From an uncultured Gammaproteobacteria bacterium (lineage in GTDB: Bacteria; Cyanobacteriota; Vampirovibrionia; JBFMGH01), in the NCBI GenBank assembly GCA_964517135.1, contig CAZFBA010000004.1, positions 68,360-132,359 on the forward strand: a stretch of DNA of 64,000 bases, written 5' to 3'. Both the position numbers and the translations under genes were made by a program. Position 1 is the stretch's first letter. Every line of letters starts with the position of its first letter. Under the pieces are notes generated by a model that worked only from the letters and a program-made list of their open reading frames with translations, was not told the origin of the DNA and did not search any database. Below, one piece after another: positions 48,852 to 58,238 of this stretch.

Positions 48852-49716
48852 AAGAGATATCCAGGTTATTATCTATTGTAATAACACATTGCTCAGGTAC
48901 TTCACCCCACTGTTCATCAATATTCAGCTCTTCTGAAGCAACAATTACTGATTCATTTTCCAGTTTACAGAGGTTGTCATAGCAACTGCTAAATCTGATT
49001 TTTAAACTGGCTTCATTGTCACTTTTGTGCAGGTTTACATCGTTGTGAATGGCTTTATTTTTGGTAGTATAAAAAAGAGAATTGCCAAAGCGAGAAGCTA
49101 TCATCATTTTGCCATTAGTAATAAGGACATTAAGTTTATGAGAATTTTCAACATCTATATTGGCGCCAAGTGTGTTTAGAAGCTGTATTGTTTCAATTAA
49201 GGCATTTCTAACTTCGATTACATCGATGTTTTCGGCGTGAATATCAGGTACTTTCTTATTCAATTTAGATAAAAACAGATAAAATACACACTCGCTGTCA
49301 GTAGAACCCATTATTTCAAAGGCAAAGTCTGTTCCTATTGCTTTGAGAATTTGAGATCTCAGTAATTGAAAACCTTCGACAGTGCCATTGTGTGCCATTA
49401 TCCAGTTGCCATATATAAATGGATGTGCGTTATGGTCTGAAATATCACCTACAGTGGCATCCCGAATGTGTGCTATCATTGTGTCAGTTTCTACAAAATC
49501 TGTTAAAAACTTGAAATTAAAGTCAAAATAGGCAGAACTGGCCCTCTTTTGTATGAAAGCTTTTCTGTTCTGATAAAATCCTACGCCCCAGCCCTGACTG
49601 TTAGAGATATTTCTGGAATCCATGATGGATTGTTTCGCCAGTGAATTTGGTGCATCCACAAGAAAAAAAGAAAGTTTTGTCGGTTCTTTTCCTTTAAACC
49701 CAAATAAACGGCACAT
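48838..49716 (-). CDS. Class II glutamine amidotransferase (YafJ/EgtC-like Ntn hydrolase)
   Basis: MCRLFG N-terminal Cys, GWGVGFY, AHIRDATVG, NAHPF, HNG, GSTDSE. Confidence 0.9.
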   Translation of the reverse strand: MCRLFGFKGKEPTKLSFFLVDAPNSLAKQSIMDSRNISNSQGWGVGFYQNRKAFIQKRASSAYFDFNFKFLTDFVETDTMIAHIRDATVGDISDHNAHPFIYGNWIMAHNGTVEGFQLLRSQILKAIGTDFAFEIMGSTDSECVFYLFLSKLNKKVPDIHAENIDVIEVRNALIETIQLLNTLGANIDVENSHKLNVLITNGKMMIASRFGNSLFYTTKNKAIHNDVNLHKSDNEASLKIRFSSCYDNLCKLENESVIVASEELNIDEQWGEVPEQCVITIDNNLDISFASV

Positions 49717-49860
49717 TTTTGTATTTATACCAGTGAAAATTCAAATAATTAAAAACGTCAAAAGATATTAAAGCAAAAATGCCTGAATATTGCAGCATTT
49801 TTTTTGCAGTTATAAACAAGTATTAACGAATATTTTAGTAATAGTTTAAAATAAAATATA

Positions 49861-49889
49861 AAAAGGGCAATGCTTCTGGCATGCCCTTT
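49861..49889 (-). terminator. Intrinsic terminator after the flotillin gene
   Basis: AAAGGGCA...TGCCCTTT stem with T run on the minus strand. Confidence 0.7.
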
Positions 49890-49907
49890 CCAGTTAATTA
49901 GATGGAG

Positions 49908-51653
49908 CTATTCTTTTTCTTGTTTGCCGCTTGTCTTTAATTTAATTTCTTCAGTATTATCAGAAGAGGCTGAATCTTTATCAGGTTGCTGATAAACGTC
50001 AATATTGGTATCTTCTGGTTTGTTTTGATTGGTTATAGTTGAGAGTGTACCTATGAGATCTTTTACATTTTTGCCTGAGGCTATTTCTTCAAGCAATGGC
50101 ATAAGCATTCCTGAGTTTAAAATAGTTTTGCCCAGGCCTTCTGAACCTGTTCCACCAGTGCCATTCATAGAGAAAATCTTCACATCTGAAATTTTGCCTG
50201 CCGGAGCCATCAGTTCTCTGGTAACTTCAGGCATTGCAGAAACAAGTTCCATAAGTATATTATTGACGTTAGCTCTATTCTTAGCTTCAACAAGAGCTTC
50301 TTTACCTCTGGCTTCAGCAAGAGCACGTTCAAGTTCTGCTTTGGCCATTCTTTCAATGGCTTTTGCTCTCAAGTCGGAGGCTTCATATTCAGCCTTTGCA
50401 ATTTGTAATACCTTGTATGCCTCAACGTCTACTTGAATTTTCTGGTTGATTTCTTGTTCTTTTGCTTCTGCTTCAGCCTTAATTATATCTACAATCTTTT
50501 TACGTTCGGCCTGTTCTTTATGTTCTACGGTTATAACATCCTGAGTTGCTTTTTCCTTTGCTGCTTCAGATTTTAACCTTTCTGATTCTTTAACAAGAAC
50601 ATTAATTTCTACCTGTTGTTGTTTGATTCTTCTTTCTTCTTCTGCCTGAAGAATTTTTATTTCAGCGTCAATAGCTGATTTATCAACAAAATATTTTTTA
50701 TTTATTTCTGCTTCTTCAATAGCTCTGGCATTAGTAATCTCTATCTTTCTTGCCTCGGCTTCTCTTGTAGACTTTTCAGCTACAACAGCCTGTTCATATT
50801 CAGCATCTTTTTTGTTTGTTTCTGACCACTGTTCTTTGTTAGCTACTTCGATACCTTTTTTCTGGGCAGCTTTCAGGTATTCTATTTCCTGTTGTTGTTT
50901 CAAATGGGCTTCTTCTTCTTGCTTTTCCAGCTCCAGAATGTTCATGCGGGTAGTGACATTTTTTTCTTTAATAGCAATTTCAGTATCTCTTTCAATGATG
51001 TTTTTCTCTTTTACTGCAGATTGTAGGGTATCTGTAATGTGTCTTAAGCCCTGTGCATCAAAATAATTGGATTCAGATCTAAAGTCTGAGGCGTCTAACT
51101 GTGATACTGATACTGATTCAAGCGTCAAACCGTTTTCACTGAGATCCTGCTCGAGGGCTGAATGGACAGCATTAGCAAATTCTATTCTGTTTTCGTGAAG
51201 TTGAGTAAGTGTTTTTGTTGCTGAAACACTACGCAAAGCACTGATAAGTTTTGAACCAACTAATTCCATTACCGAAGTTTCAGAGACTTCACCTGTACTG
51301 CCAAGTGAACGGCTGGCAGTCAGTATTTGTTCTTCGTTAGGTTCAACTCTGATATAGAATTCAGCTTCTACATCTGCTCTTAATTTGTCAGCTGTGATCA
51401 GAGCTTCTCGTCCTTTTCTTATTACCGGTACTCTCATTGTTTGAAGGTTAACATATGTGAGTTTATGCAAGAATGGTATTACCATATAGCCACCATTCAT
51501 GATAACTTTTGCACCACCGTGGCCTGTTTTAACAAATGCAAGGTCGGGCTCAGCTTTTTTATAAAGCTTTGCAAAGGTCATAAACATTAAAAGTAAAATG
51601 ACTACTACAATAGCAAGGATCATTAGCCCTAAAACTATTCCAAAAGCATCCAT
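49908..51653 (-). CDS. Flotillin / SPFH (YqiK-like) protein
   Basis: N-terminal TM, ALITADKLRADV.AEFY, ALRSV.A, NGLTLESVS, long AE-rich coiled coil. Confidence 0.92.
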   Translation of the reverse strand: MDAFGIVLGLMILAIVVVILLLMFMTFAKLYKKAEPDLAFVKTGHGGAKVIMNGGYMVIPFLHKLTYVNLQTMRVPVIRKGREALITADKLRADVEAEFYIRVEPNEEQILTASRSLGSTGEVSETSVMELVGSKLISALRSVSATKTLTQLHENRIEFANAVHSALEQDLSENGLTLESVSVSQLDASDFRSESNYFDAQGLRHITDTLQSAVKEKNIIERDTEIAIKEKNVTTRMNILELEKQEEEAHLKQQQEIEYLKAAQKKGIEVANKEQWSETNKKDAEYEQAVVAEKSTREAEARKIEITNARAIEEAEINKKYFVDKSAIDAEIKILQAEEERRIKQQQVEINVLVKESERLKSEAAKEKATQDVITVEHKEQAERKKIVDIIKAEAEAKEQEINQKIQVDVEAYKVLQIAKAEYEASDLRAKAIERMAKAELERALAEARGKEALVEAKNRANVNNILMELVSAMPEVTRELMAPAGKISDVKIFSMNGTGGTGSEGLGKTILNSGMLMPLLEEIASGKNVKDLIGTLSTITNQNKPEDTNIDVYQQPDKDSASSDNTEEIKLKTSGKQEKE

Positions 51654-51698
51654 TTAGTTCTCCTTTCTTGAATTTATAGACTAATTATATGTTACAAA

Positions 51699-52589
51699 CT
51701 ATTTATAAGAAGTTTTATTCCATTTTAGATGTTCATTACTATCTTCCAGCAATACTTTATAAAGTCTTCTTTCTGGTATGTAGTCAATAATAATAACATT
51801 GTCTTTGTATTTAGGTTTTTCATTGCAATTATCAGGGATAAAAGCATATAATTTTTGTTTTATGCCGTGATGGTCTACAAGTTCAAGTATTCCAATACTC
51901 TTACCATCGATTACATCATCATAAACAGGTATTATATGACTTGTAACCTTTGCTGACATTCCGATATAATCTTCTTTAGATGTATGATAACTTTTACTTT
52001 CAAATATATTTCCAAGAAACTTGCTGGAAAACCTTACAAAAGGTATTGCTGTTATAAAACTAAGTATCAGAACACCTGAAAATGTGATACCCTCAGCTGG
52101 ATATAAGGTAAATATTCTAAATATCAAGTAGTTTATAACAAGCCCGGTAACCCCCCAGATTGTTAGTAATGATGATAAGAGCATGCTGAGTGGTATTTTT
52201 CCTGTATTGATAAATTTAAGAGCCTGAGAAAACAATACAAAAATAAGACCCGGTCTTCCTTTTTGAGATTTTATTTCGTCTGTATCAACTATTGTAGCAC
52301 TGGATTCAACTGAAGTAACTGCTGCATGGCCAATATGAGTGTCTAGATCTGTCTCAATATCACTCTCAATATTAACATCAAGGTCAATATCTGTGTCAAC
52401 ATCAAGCTCAACATCTCCACTGATATCTGTATCAATTGCTAAATCAGCATCTGCATCTATTTCAAGATCTGAGTCAACGTCAGCTTCTCCAAATTGCCCG
52501 AGAAATGTTGTTGCACCCAGAAGCATTACAACAAATATCATCATGCCCCAGAAAGGAAGATTATACCAGGCAAAAAGATAGCTTAACAA
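51699..52589 (-). CDS. YqiJ/NfeD-like membrane partner of flotillin
   Basis: NLPF, acidic D-x-D repeat tract, GKIPL, TM helices, C-terminal OB-like region; upstream of flotillin. Confidence 0.8.
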   Translation of the reverse strand: MLSYLFAWYNLPFWGMMIFVVMLLGATTFLGQFGEADVDSDLEIDADADLAIDTDISGDVELDVDTDIDLDVNIESDIETDLDTHIGHAAVTSVESSATIVDTDEIKSQKGRPGLIFVLFSQALKFINTGKIPLSMLLSSLLTIWGVTGLVINYLIFRIFTLYPAEGITFSGVLILSFITAIPFVRFSSKFLGNIFESKSYHTSKEDYIGMSAKVTSHIIPVYDDVIDGKSIGILELVDHHGIKQKLYAFIPDNCNEKPKYKDNVIIIDYIPERRLYKVLLEDSNEHLKWNKTSYK

Positions 52590-52906
52590 ATTTAATTCCC
52601 CTTTGATTGAGTGAATAATTGTAGTTAACTGAAATCAATTTTACCATAAAAGCAGACAAAGTAAAAGAATTTATGGTAAAATATTTAAATAAATTTACTA
52701 AAAAAGTAAATCATTGAGTTACTATTAACGTAATAGAATTGTGGTTTTTGCTAATATCGCATATTTTGTCTGAAGCCAGTGAATATTATATATTAACAGA
52801 ATGTGCTAAAGCAATAAATTCTATTTTTGATTCAAAACATTTTTATATGAGATTAAATTGCTAAAAATATCTTTTAATCCGGGTTTTAACAGCAATAATT
52901 TTATCT

Positions 52907-53095
52907 TATAAAAGATCAGTGCATAACTTAAAAAGTTTTCGATTTTCAAAACCCAAATCCCGCCCACCCTAAAGGAAGGCATGGGGTCTTACTCACAGGC
53001 TGTGCCTGCTCGTTCAACCCATATCTTTACTTTTAAAATTTTTGAAAATCGAAAACAAAAAGTCTATTGTTATAGTTATGCATTAGTTTTTATAA
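52907..53095. mobile_element. MITE-like non-coding element, copy 2
   Basis: Same termini and core (CCCGCCCACCCTAAAGGAAGGCAT...CACAGGCT.TGCCTGCTCGTTCAACCCATAT) as 22694-22878. Confidence 0.75.
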
Positions 53096-53150
53096 TAATA
53101 TTGTAGAATAATCATAATGCATAGTTAAAGCCAAAAATTGGAGATTAAAA

Positions 53151-53807
53151 GTGAAAGATGTAGTGGGTTTTTTTGAAAAAGAGAAAATAGTAGCTATTAT
53201 AAGAGATAGCAGCCAGCAAAAAGCTTTTGATATTGCAAAAGCCTGTATAGATGGTGGCTTAAAGATTGTGGAAATAACTCTTAACACCCCTGGGGCGACT
53301 GAAATTATAAGTGATTTAAACAAAAATTATCCTGAGTTGCTTTTTGGAGTTGGTACTGCACTGAATGAAAAGATGGCCGGAGAAGCTATCAAATCAGGTT
53401 CAGCTTTTATTGTAGCACCTCATGTAGATGAGGCAATCATAAAGCTATGTAAAGAAGCTGGTATTTCTGTATGTCCCGGTACATCTACTCCAACAGAAAT
53501 GATGTATGCTGACCGACTTGGTGCAGATATGATTAAAGTATTTCCAATAACAAATCTTGGTGGTCCAGCCTACATTAAGAATGTCAGAGGGCCCCTGCCA
53601 CACCTTAAATTATTACCTACTGGCGGTGTTGATGTTGATAAAATAAAAGAATACTTTGAAGCTGGTGTCTTTGCCCTGGGTTTATCCGGTGCAATTATCC
53701 CGCCTGACGCCAGAAAAAATTGTGATTATGATCTGATAAAAGCTCATATTCAGAGAATTTGTTCAGAGATTAATAACATTAAGGGATCTACTCAAATAAA
53801 ATGCTAG
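53151..53807 (+). CDS. eda: KDPG/KHG aldolase
   Basis: VAIIR, VEITL, GVGT, PG..TPTE, KVFP, PTGGV. Confidence 0.9.
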   Translation: MKDVVGFFEKEKIVAIIRDSSQQKAFDIAKACIDGGLKIVEITLNTPGATEIISDLNKNYPELLFGVGTALNEKMAGEAIKSGSAFIVAPHVDEAIIKLCKEAGISVCPGTSTPTEMMYADRLGADMIKVFPITNLGGPAYIKNVRGPLPHLKLLPTGGVDVDKIKEYFEAGVFALGLSGAIIPPDARKNCDYDLIKAHIQRICSEINNIKGSTQIKC

Positions 53808-53816
53808 TAAAATGTA

Positions 53817-55691
53817 ATGAATGAAACTGTTTTAGGTATATCAGCTTTTTACCATGACTCAGCAGCAGCCCTTGTTAGAGAAGGTGAAGTTTTATCCGCA
53901 GCTCAAGAGGAGAGATTTACCCGTATTAAACATGATAAATCTTTTCCTGTTAATGCTATTCGTTATTGTCTTGAAAGTACAGATACTGATATAAATGATC
54001 TTAATGCAATTGTATTTTATGAGAAGCCAATATTAAAATTTGAAAGGTTAATTGAATCATATTATATTCATTCACCAGAAGGTTTGAGTTCATTTATACC
54101 TGCTATTACCTCCTGGATAAAAGAAAAATCATTTATTAAAAAAAATATTATTACTGGTCTAAGAGAAATAGATGATATTGAATCATTGAAAATCAGGAAA
54201 AAATTGTTATTTTCAGAGCATCATTTATCTCATGCTGCCAGTGCTTTTTATCCTTCACCTTATAATGATGCTGCAATCCTTACAATGGATGGTGTAGGAG
54301 AGTGGGCAACTGTTTCAATATCCAGTGGAAAAGATAATAAAATTACAATGTTAAAAGAGCTTAAATACCCTCATTCACCGGGGTTGCTCTATTCTGCGTT
54401 TACTTATTACCTTGGTTTCAGAGTTAATTCAGGAGAATATAAGTTGATGGGCTTGTCACCTTATGGTAATGCTGAATCAAAACGTTTAAAGGTTTACAAA
54501 CAGAAAATCTATGATTATCTTGTAGATCTGAAAGCTGATGGATCCTTCTTTTTAAATCAAGAATACTTTAATTATTCTACAGGGCTATCTATGATACATA
54601 ACAAAAAATGGGAACAGTTGTTTGGATTGTCTAAAAGAGAGCCAGAAACTGAAATAACCCTTGAGCATTGTGATATGGCACTTGCAATTCAGCAAGTATT
54701 AGAAGATATAGTAATAAAACTTGCTCAAACATCAAAAAATCTCACTGGATGTAGCAATTTATGTATGGCTGGTGGTGTTGCACTCAACTGTGTGGCTAAC
54801 AGCAAGATAATAAATGAAAATATTTTTAAAAATGTCTGGGTTCAACCAGCCTCGGGTGATGCAGGAGGAGCACTGGGGGCAGCATTTGCTGTTTATTATA
54901 TGTATTATGGTAATGAAAGAAAGGTATCAACTGATTATGATGCTATGAGAGGTTCATTTTTAGGCCCTCAATACAGTCCTTCTGAGGTTGAGGTTTCACT
55001 TATAAAGTATAAACCTGTTTACCAAAGTTATGAAAACCTTGATGAACTAAGCAATACAGTTGCTGAACTTATAGCAAAGGGCAATATTATAGGCTGGTAT
55101 CAGGGCAAAATGGAATGGGGGCCACGTGCTCTGGGTAATAGAAGTATTATTGCTGACCCTAGAAACCCTGAAATGCAGAAACGACTTAACCTCAATATTA
55201 AATATCGTGAAAGTTTCAGGCCTTTTGCCCCTTCTGTTTTACTTGAAGACCTTTCACAATGGTTTAAAACGAATATACCTTCACCTTATATGCTTTTTGT
55301 ATCAGAGGTTAATGATAAGATTAAAGTGCAGGTACCTTATGATTACTACGATTTGCCAATGAAAGACAGGCTTTATTTTTTAAGATCTGCTGTGCCTGCT
55401 ATAACACACATTGATTATTCAGCTAGAATTCAAACAGTAGACAAAAATACTAATCCATTATACTGGAAATTGCTTAATGCATTTAAAAAAGAGACAGGCT
55501 GCGGTATGGTTATCAATACCAGCTTTAATGTTAGAGGTGAACCGATTGTTTGTACCCCTGAAGATGCCTATCGTTGCTTTATGAATACTGAAATTGACTA
55601 TCTAGTTGTTGACCGATTTATGTTTGATAAAAAGCTACAACCTGTTTGGAAAGATAAAATGTCATATAAATACGACACAATACTGGATTAA
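53817..55691 (+). CDS. Carbamoyltransferase (NodU/CmcH family)
   Basis: LGISAFYHDSAAA, EERFTRIKH, HHLSHAASAF, GEYKLMGL, GPRALGNRSI, KYRESFRPFAP, NTSFN.RGEP. Confidence 0.94.
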   Translation: MNETVLGISAFYHDSAAALVREGEVLSAAQEERFTRIKHDKSFPVNAIRYCLESTDTDINDLNAIVFYEKPILKFERLIESYYIHSPEGLSSFIPAITSWIKEKSFIKKNIITGLREIDDIESLKIRKKLLFSEHHLSHAASAFYPSPYNDAAILTMDGVGEWATVSISSGKDNKITMLKELKYPHSPGLLYSAFTYYLGFRVNSGEYKLMGLSPYGNAESKRLKVYKQKIYDYLVDLKADGSFFLNQEYFNYSTGLSMIHNKKWEQLFGLSKREPETEITLEHCDMALAIQQVLEDIVIKLAQTSKNLTGCSNLCMAGGVALNCVANSKIINENIFKNVWVQPASGDAGGALGAAFAVYYMYYGNERKVSTDYDAMRGSFLGPQYSPSEVEVSLIKYKPVYQSYENLDELSNTVAELIAKGNIIGWYQGKMEWGPRALGNRSIIADPRNPEMQKRLNLNIKYRESFRPFAPSVLLEDLSQWFKTNIPSPYMLFVSEVNDKIKVQVPYDYYDLPMKDRLYFLRSAVPAITHIDYSARIQTVDKNTNPLYWKLLNAFKKETGCGMVINTSFNVRGEPIVCTPEDAYRCFMNTEIDYLVVDRFMFDKKLQPVWKDKMSYKYDTILD

Positions 55692-55693
55692 AT

Positions 55694-56059
55694 ATGGAAA
55701 AAGTCGATCAAATAAAGTCACTTACAGTTATAGCTCTGGCGTTTATAGTTTTATATCTTATATTTAACAATATTATTTTGTTAATTATTGCTGTGGTTTT
55801 CCTGTTAATTATACTTAAGGGGGGTCGGTTATCTGAAAAAGTAGCTACAGGCTGGATGAGGTTTGCAGTATTTCTTGGAAACATTAATTCCAGAATTATT
55901 CTTACAATTGTTTTTTATCTGATATTGACACCTCTGGGGTTTTTCTACAGGATATTCAACAGAGATGCCTGTGATTCTTTCTTTAAAAAGAATGATAAGT
56001 CATATCTATTTGATTCAGAGTGTCTTCCGTCTAAAGAATTCTTTGAACGTCCATGGTAA
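55694..56059 (+). CDS. SxtJ-family membrane protein
   Basis: WMRFA..LG.INSRIIL.IVFYLILTP.G, C-terminal FERPW; follows the carbamoyltransferase. Confidence 0.8.
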   Translation: MEKVDQIKSLTVIALAFIVLYLIFNNIILLIIAVVFLLIILKGGRLSEKVATGWMRFAVFLGNINSRIILTIVFYLILTPLGFFYRIFNRDACDSFFKKNDKSYLFDSECLPSKEFFERPW

Positions 56060-56065
56060 AATAAA

Positions 56066-56085
56066 TGGCCGGTTTTTGCCGGCCA
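56066..56085. terminator. Hairpin between convergent genes
   Basis: TGGCCGG...CCGGCCA. Confidence 0.6.
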
Positions 56086-56100
56086 CTGAAGAAATAATTT

Positions 56101-57426
56101 TTATAATTCTTTGAGAGTTTTATCAATAATATCCAGACCTTTGTCCAGATCTTTTCGGGAAATATTTAGTGCAGGCCTGAATCTTATTGATTTATTACCG
56201 CATCCAAGAATAATCATACCGTTTTTATAAGCAGTATTAATGAACTTATCCCTCATTTGTGGTGTATCGAGGTCAAATGCACACATAAGTCCTTTGCCAC
56301 GAGTATTAAACAGTTTGTCAGAGTAGTTTTTCTGCAAGTCTAACAGTTGATTTAGCAAATATTGGCCCTGTTTAGCCGATTCTTCAATGAGGTTTTCATT
56401 TTCAATAATTTCGATATACTTTAGACAGCGTACCATATCAACCAGGTTGCCGCCCCAGGTTGAGTTAAGTCTTGAGCCTTCATGGAATACATTGTCTTTG
56501 ACCTCGTCTATTCTTGGACCGCAGAGGAATCCACAGACCTGAACCTTTTTGCCGAAGGCAACGCAGTCAGGTTCTATATCAAAATGTTCGTACGCCCACC
56601 ACAGGCCGGTCATACCCATGCCTGTTTGTACTTCATCAAGGATAAAAAGAGCCTCATTTTCTCTACAGAAATCCTGTAGCCAGCGTAAAAACTCACCTCT
56701 AAAATGGTTATCTCCGCCTTCTCCCTGGATTGGTTCCAGAATAATGGCTGCAATATCATCATTGTACCTTTCAAAGGCTTCTTTAATTTCTTTTTTAGAC
56801 TGTTCTTCAAGTTCTATAACCTGTTTTAAGTTATCTCCTTCAAGTGGAAACTTGATTTTAGGGTTTGTAACTCTAGGCCAGTCAAACTTTGCAAAGTATT
56901 TGTATTTTCGTGGATCTGCGGTATTTGTCAGAGAAAGAGTATAACCACTTCTGCCGTGGAAAGCTTCTTTAAAGTGGAGTATTTTGTGTCCTTTTTCTTC
57001 TTTGTATCCTTTTTCGAAGTTTTTTCTTACTTTCCAGTCCATTGCGGCTTTAATGGCATTTTCAACTCCTAAGGCACCGCCTGCAACAAAGAAGGTGTAT
57101 TTAAAATGTTTTTCAACGACAACTTTTTTAAAGAATTCGCTTACAAATTCTGCCATTTCAACGGTATAGAAGTCAGAGTTAGTGACATTATTGATAGCTG
57201 CTCGTTGTAGCTTCTTAAGATAATTGCTTTCAAAGAGTGCAGGATGATTATGGCCTACTGGTGCTGAGGCAAACATAGAGAAAAAGTCAAGGTATTCTCT
57301 ATTATCTTTTGCGTCATAAAGGTATGCCCCTTTGCTTCGTTCTAGATCCATTACTACATCGTAGCCACAGATTTGCATATATCTGGCTAATACGTCATGA
57401 ACACAGGTTGGAGATATTATTGTCAT
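56101..57426 (-). CDS. lat: L-lysine 6-transaminase (class III PLP aminotransferase)
   Basis: FASAPVGHNHP, GALGVENA.KAAMDWK, AFHGRSGYTLSLTNT, EPIQGEGGD, DEVQTG, FGKK.QVCG, STWGG. Confidence 0.9.
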   Translation of the reverse strand: MTIISPTCVHDVLARYMQICGYDVVMDLERSKGAYLYDAKDNREYLDFFSMFASAPVGHNHPALFESNYLKKLQRAAINNVTNSDFYTVEMAEFVSEFFKKVVVEKHFKYTFFVAGGALGVENAIKAAMDWKVRKNFEKGYKEEKGHKILHFKEAFHGRSGYTLSLTNTADPRKYKYFAKFDWPRVTNPKIKFPLEGDNLKQVIELEEQSKKEIKEAFERYNDDIAAIILEPIQGEGGDNHFRGEFLRWLQDFCRENEALFILDEVQTGMGMTGLWWAYEHFDIEPDCVAFGKKVQVCGFLCGPRIDEVKDNVFHEGSRLNSTWGGNLVDMVRCLKYIEIIENENLIEESAKQGQYLLNQLLDLQKNYSDKLFNTRGKGLMCAFDLDTPQMRDKFINTAYKNGMIILGCGNKSIRFRPALNISRKDLDKGLDIIDKTLKEL

Positions 57427-57764
57427 TTTAAAGCTCCTCTACAAGATAGTTTTACCACCAATTATTACAAACCTCTAACTTAAAAATAGAGTATAGATTC
57501 ATTGTAAAGCATAAAATTATAAAGTCCATACCCTGAAAACAGTTATATAATAAAAACAGAGCCTTTCTAAATTCTGCATAGCTTTTAATTTTGAGAAATG
57601 ACAGAAACTATTATCGTCAAATACTTTTAAAATCCTGAAAAATTGATAATCTAGAAGGCGTCTGCATTATCAATTTTATTTTTTGCTGCCTGACAGGTGG
57701 CAAAGTTTTTTTTGAGCTATTATAGTGGTGAGTGTATCGTAATATATGGTTTTAAATCTTATTT

Positions 57765-58238
57765 ATGTATAATCTTGAATTTAGAAAGATTTACACTGAC
57801 CGAAAATTCTGCCTTTGCGGGTGCAGAAATGTTATACAGGAGGAAAACTGGGGATTAAGAATATTTTTAGATGGTAAAATAACTTCTATTGAAGAGGTTT
57901 TAGAGATTATTGAAAAATTTGAGTTTGAGGTTAAAGATCTTTCGGCTAAAACAATTGTCTGTAAGTATTGTGGTCATTGTTGTCTTCACGGGCCTGAACT
58001 TTCTGAAAAAGAGCTTGAGTATTTGTCTGCTAACTATCCGGAATATAGAGAAGACTACATGCAAATTATATCAGGTAAACCCTGTCAGTTTGGAGGAGAA
58101 AATACAGGTCCCTGCAAATTTCCTGAAAATGCAAGACCGTTTCAGTGCCGCATTTTATATTGTGAAGCAAATATAGTTGGATTTGAGTCTATGTATAATT
58201 TTTTGGGAGGTTTTTTAGGCTGGACGAGCCTCAATTAA
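57765..58238 (+). CDS. YkgJ-like cysteine cluster protein
   Basis: CxxCGxCC, C.F, C, RPFQCR pattern. Confidence 0.7.
   Translation: MYNLEFRKIYTDRKFCLCGCRNVIQEENWGLRIFLDGKITSIEEVLEIIEKFEFEVKDLSAKTIVCKYCGHCCLHGPELSEKELEYLSANYPEYREDYMQIISGKPCQFGGENTGPCKFPENARPFQCRILYCEANIVGFESMYNFLGGFLGWTSLN

Noticed and set aside
52340-52490. Asp-rich periodic repeat in the YqiJ-like gene
   Set aside because: A common feature of this family, not novel
45459-53095. tRNA-anchored genomic island or prophage
   Set aside because: No integrase, phage genes or duplicated tRNA 3' end seen in the window
53817-56059. Saxitoxin gene cluster
   Set aside because: Only sxtI- and sxtJ-like genes are present; no sxtA, sxtG or other core genes
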